The position numbers and the translations under genes were made by a program. Below are positions 61,626-64,000 of a DNA stretch of 64,000 nt, one piece after another. The notes under the pieces are model-generated. The model saw nothing but the letters and a program-made list of their open reading frames with translations, did no database searches and was not told where the DNA came from. The DNA comes from Octopus sinensis (taxonomy: Eukaryota), in the NCBI RefSeq assembly GCF_006345805.1, contig NC_043003.1, positions 21,018,001 through 21,082,000 of the forward strand. Direction: 5' to 3'. How positions within the stretch are numbered: the first letter of the stretch is position 1; the number at the start of each line of letters is the position of its first letter.

Positions 61626-62856
61626 CATCATCATCATCATCATCATCATCGTTTAGCGTCCGCTTTCCATGCTAGCATGGGTTGGACGGTTCACCTGGGG
61701 TCTGGGAAGCCAGAAGGCTGCACCAGGCCCAGTCTGATCTGGCAATGTTTCTATGGCTGGATGCCCTTCCTAACGCCAACCACTCCATGAGTGTAGTGGG
61801 TGCTTTTTACGTGCCACCAGCACAGGTGCCAGACAGACAATAGAATAGGACATGCCAAAGCAATAAATATTGAAGAAATACAAAAAACGAAAAATGCTTC
61901 AGATACATCCAATAATATACCCTTTATTACAACACACAACCCAGAAACACAGTACTTTACAATGCTATCCATCAGAACATCCCACTACTAAAACAAGATC
62001 CAAGAATGAAACAAGCATTCAAAATATACAAAATAATCGAAAGTAAAAGACAATCAAGATCCCTCCAAAAATTCCACTCAAGTGCTAAATTACCTTGCAC
62101 AATTCCTACAGCAACAGTCTAAAAAAGTAGCTACCACAATTGCAGGCCCTGCATCAACCTTATTGAAGACACAACATACAAAATCAAATCAGGGTAGACT
62201 TTTACCGTAAAAAAATCACTTTATATGTTCTTCAAGGAATTTAATATATGCTATCAAATGTCAAGGATGTAATGAAGATTACATAGGTCAAACAAAGCTT
62301 ACTCTAAGAAATAGACTAACCATTCACCAATAACAAATATGAGACCTTCAGTACAAGACAGATCCCACTGAGTGGTTACATAGGCATATGGGCAAAAAAT
62401 AAGTCTCCCAAATTTCAGGTCTTCTCACTCTACCTATTTTCAGCGAATACCACAGATGAAGCACAGATAAAGAAAATACTTTCATACAAAAGTACAAACC
62501 AGGACTTAACAAACTTTAACAGAGTACATATACAAATAACTATTCACACACAAAACTCATTCTGCCACATATCATGAAGAAGCTACACAGCTAACAACCT
62601 AAATTTTAGCCATTGGACTACATACAAACGACTCTTGTCCACTCTCCCACCAGACAGATTAAATTTGGAGTGTCTTGATCATAACTAAACATGTCCACTC
62701 AACTGAGTCAGCCTTAACTTATGACACAAACATTGTCACTTGATACTAACATGCAAATGTAGTGGGGAACGTATAAAAATTTCTAAGTCCAGTTATGGGA
62801 CTATCATTTACCAATCAAATCCTATTCAAAACATATACAAATCTGAGCCATGAACT

Positions 62857-62943
<87 letters not shown>

Positions 62944-63310
62944 TTATATATGTATATACCAGTGTCGCCTGTTACCAGCATCGCCTTACTGGCACTTGTG
63001 CTGGTGGCACGGGAAAAAACATTCAAGCGTGGTTGTTGCCAGTCCCGCTGGACTGGCTCCTGTGCAGGTGGCATATAAAAAACACCATTTGAGCGTGGCT
63101 GTTGCTAGTACCGCCCGATTGGCCCTCATGCCAGTGGCATGTAAAAGCACCCACTACACTCTCGGAGTGGTTGGCTTTAGGAAGGGCATCCAGCTGTAGA
63201 AACTCTGCCTAGTGCAGCCATCTGGTTCGCCAGTCCTCAGTCAAATCGTCCAACACATTCTAGCATGGAAAGCAGACGTTAAACAATGATGATGATGATG
63301 ATGATGATGA

Positions 63311-63351
<41 letters not shown>

Positions 63352-63853
63352 TATATGTATGTATGTACATATTTAATGAGCTTCCAGTGTTTCCCTTTAT
63401 GAAATTCACTCACAAAGCATTAATCAGCCTGAGGCTATAACACAAGACACTTTCCCAACATGATGGGTAGCAGGACTGAACCTGAAACTATGTAGTTTCA
63501 AAATTGGCATTTTAACCATATTCAGGTTAATGAAGTGAATAAAAATCACTTTACATATAAATCACATTTAGGAAGGTTTTAGGGTAAATATTATAAAGGG
63601 AGGAATAGAACCGAAAGGGTTTGTGGAAAACATTTTACAGACTTACCCCATGCGAGTAATAGTTGTTTTTAATCCATAAATGCCACAAAAATGAGCTGGA
63701 CAGCGAATGCTACCACCAATATCTGTTCCTATACCTAAAATAGATCCACCATAACCTATGAGAGCTGCTTCTCCTCCACTGGACCCAGCAGGACCACGAT
63801 CAGCTTTATGTGGGTTTCTAGTTTGGCCATAAATATTATTATCACAGGAGATA
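29669..63853 (-). CDS. FAAH: FAAH-like amidase gene, copy C (11 exons in window; 5' exons outside window)
   Basis: Hand-spliced GT-AG exons 63853-63647, 58272-58232, 55203-55079, 54377-54252, 52693-52602, 49066-48979, 47916-47873, 41297-41258, 39652-39545, 37353-37220, 29791-29669. Phases are compatible except for one 1-nt deficit at ~39550. The translation follows vertebrate FAAH motifs in order: [60 protein letters not shown]. Confidence 0.9.
30891..33204 (+). mobile_element. RTE-clade LINE, 5'-truncated, nearly complete RT
   Basis: ORFs 30891-31628 and 31639-32682 ([34 protein letters not shown]). There is a 2-nt deletion in an AG run at ~31620 and a premature TGA at 32680. (GAT)n tail. 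Confidence 0.95.
33466..33951 (+). CDS. GIY-YIG endonuclease reading frame of a PLE-derived element (no in-frame ATG; the track start is GTG)
   Basis: ORF track peptide with the GIY-YIG core (IYQ...YIG, R..NH) and a C-terminal CxxC/CxH cluster. Confidence 0.75.
   Translation: MNSIESSGSFYNHHSNKNAVLVSETNPNRLRFLSNNSKIRNAIYQCKIYAGSDVYLYIGATSSKLATRISNHFSTFRDKRKQHSTGLSKLVWRLKNANSTFRLVWSILSVSLPFDKGKKICALCNSELFHILFARGRLINLIVESSFRCLHWKRHTFLSYQ
34508..34593 (+). ncRNA. Type I hammerhead motif with extended stem II (degenerate cleavage site)
   Basis: AUUUUC-CUGAAGA-G...C-GAAA-CAUAU-AUU/GAAAAU. Stem I has 6 perfect bp. The inverted copy at ~33290-33304 reads UAUGUC/GAAUAU, which suggests an ancestral GUC. 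Confidence 0.65.
34938..36450. repeat. Large fold-back (~335-bp arms) with an RTE 3' fragment inserted in the left arm
   Basis: Left arm 34938-34978 plus 35803-36095; right arm ~36108-36450; insertion 34979-35802. Confidence 0.9.
34979..35802 (-). mobile_element. RTE 3'-UTR fragment with internal tandem duplication; similar tail-only copies near 5330, 8570, 17570, 18210, 38480, 39870, 40860, 50700, 53300, 57715, 61640 and 62960
   Basis: Shares catgctagcatgggttggacgg and gtggcacgtaaaaagcacc subrepeats with the RT-bearing copies. ~35405-35515 recurs near 35690-35800. Confidence 0.85.
36526..36563 (+). ncRNA. Hammerhead variant (A6U core) in a PLE pseudo-LTR fragment
   Basis: UCUUU-CUGUCGA-A-GAGC auag GCUC-GAAA-C GUA/AAAGA. 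Confidence 0.55.
36678..36779. repeat. Perfect 102-bp palindrome, no loop
   Basis: 51-bp arms centred on tttccc|gggaaa, no mismatches. Confidence 0.97.
37220..37353 (-). CDS. FAAH: FAAH copy C exon (134 nt)
   Basis: tttgcag / gtaggc. Encodes [44 protein letters not shown]. Confidence 0.87.
39545..39652 (-). CDS. FAAH: FAAH copy C exon (108 nt, one base short of the paralog)
   Basis: gtttcag / gtaagt. Encodes [34 protein letters not shown]. It reads cttgga where copy B has ctttgga, giving an apparent frameshift. Confidence 0.85.
40414..40456 (-). ncRNA. Mirror-image hammerhead copy in the other fold-back arm
   Basis: Same motif on the minus strand with one stem II mismatch (AACAU instead of GACAU). 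Confidence 0.68.
40498..40540 (+). ncRNA. Minimal type I hammerhead ribozyme (intact core)
   Basis: CCAC-CUGACGA-AUGUC auugaa GACAU-GAAA-C gauu G-UA/GUGG. Stems I, II and III all pair; the cleavage triplet is GUA. Confidence 0.8.
41258..41297 (-). CDS. FAAH: FAAH copy C exon (40 nt)
   Basis: aattctag / gtgagt. Encodes [13 protein letters not shown]; paralog of 12716-12755. Confidence 0.8.
43440..43800. repeat. Compound (GT)n/(ATGT)n microsatellite
   Basis: Degenerate dinucleotide and tetranucleotide tract; source of the spurious CVCV ORFs. Confidence 0.9.
44848..47270 (-). mobile_element. RTE-clade LINE, 5'-truncated
   Basis: RT ORF fragments 47255-46695, 46698-46390 and 46421-45702. Same 3' UTR as 9900-10600. 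The tail abuts a SINE. Confidence 0.94.
47873..47916 (-). CDS. FAAH: FAAH copy C exon (44 nt)
   Basis: ttgctag / gtgagt. Encodes [14 protein letters not shown](R); paralog of 9452-9495. Confidence 0.78.
48054..48432 (+). mobile_element. Non-autonomous Helitron/Helentron-like element (tentative)
   Basis: Starts actagcagtatc with the subterminal hairpin acccggcgttgctcgggt and ends (cagaca)n...tttatatagagagat. Absent from the paralogous intron of copy B. Confidence 0.45.
48979..49066 (-). CDS. FAAH: FAAH copy C exon (88 nt)
   Basis: gttccag / gtaagt. Encodes [29 protein letters not shown]; paralog of 7208-7295. Confidence 0.82.
50090..50373. repeat. Paralogous copy of the 129-bp-arm fold-back
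   Basis: Reverse complement of 5900-6183. Confidence 0.95.
52602..52693 (-). CDS. FAAH: FAAH copy C exon (92 nt)
   Basis: aatttacag / gtaagt. Encodes [30 protein letters not shown](I); phase 0 to phase 2 fits the neighbours. Confidence 0.82.
54252..54377 (-). CDS. FAAH: FAAH copy C exon (126 nt)
   Basis: ttttcag / gtaaga. Encodes [42 protein letters not shown]. Confidence 0.9.
55079..55203 (-). CDS. FAAH: FAAH copy C exon (125 nt)
   Basis: aattacag / gtaaag. Encodes [41 protein letters not shown]. Confidence 0.88.
56020..57220 (-). mobile_element. Highly degenerate RTE-like LINE remnant
   Basis: Residual nucleotide similarity to the other RTE copies (gcatcatacagtctgcctttcactc, acctagataacagaagctatcaac, aaggactgagcacagagccc); no long ORF. 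Confidence 0.6.
58232..58272 (-). CDS. FAAH: FAAH copy C exon (41 nt)
   Basis: caattatag / gtaaga. Phase 2 to phase 1 links the flanking exons exactly. Encodes (G)[13 protein letters not shown](I). Confidence 0.75.
58615..59035 (+). mobile_element. tRNA-derived SINE family 1 (internal microsatellite); other copies ~44697-44850, 52066-52455, 4040-4212(-), 54000-54140(-), 63370-63500(-)
   Basis: Head ggagtggctgtgtggtaag (A box) and gggttcattccc (B box); dispersed copies. Confidence 0.78.
61840..62840 (+). mobile_element. Penelope-like (Neptune-type) retroelement 3' remnant
   Basis: IPFITTHNP at ~61915-61945 and [30 protein letters not shown] at ~62238-62327 (GIY-YIG), with stops and frameshifts. 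Confidence 0.8.
63647..63853 (-). CDS. FAAH: FAAH copy C exon (207 nt), amidase signature
   Basis: Acceptor ttttcag, donor gtaagt. Encodes [68 protein letters not shown], with both catalytic serine motifs (GSSGG, GGSIR) intact. Confidence 0.93.
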
Positions 63854-64000
63854 CTGAAAAGAAAATATGAATATTGAAAAGTTAGATATAACAACTGATA
63901 AAAACAAATGCAAGCAATTATCTATAGATTTATTCTATTGTAATATATACATACTTAGAGTAAGTGTGTCATCGTCATCACAATCATCACCATTGTCACC

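Overview
AT-rich, microsatellite- and retroposon-dense animal genomic DNA. The repeat landscape suggests a coleoid cephalopod, probably Octopus; this is an inference. The window holds a cluster of fatty-acid amide hydrolase (FAAH)-like amidase genes. Copy C is on the minus strand with 11 exons traced by hand from 63853 to 29669, including an intact amidase-signature exon; its 5' exons lie beyond the window. Copy B is a convergent plus-strand paralog with 6 exons from 7208 to 22277; its 5' part is cut off by a 100-N gap at 3937-4036. Copy A is only a terminal exon at 1814-1936, inside a near-identical direct duplicate (1-3936 = 20341-24277) that may be an assembly redundancy. The introns contain RTE LINEs whose RT carries a PHD-finger insertion, R4/Dong fragments, a dead DD34E Tc1 transposon, tRNA-derived SINEs and many Penelope-like (PLE) derivatives. 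The most unusual layer is a set of long fold-back hairpins and palindromes, mostly next to (TA)n or other AT-rich tracts. Several carry minimal type I hammerhead ribozyme motifs. There is also an RT-less GIY-YIG endonuclease element bracketed by inverted repeats whose inner end falls at its own hammerhead cleavage site. All alignments and counts were done by eye; repeat boundaries are approximate.
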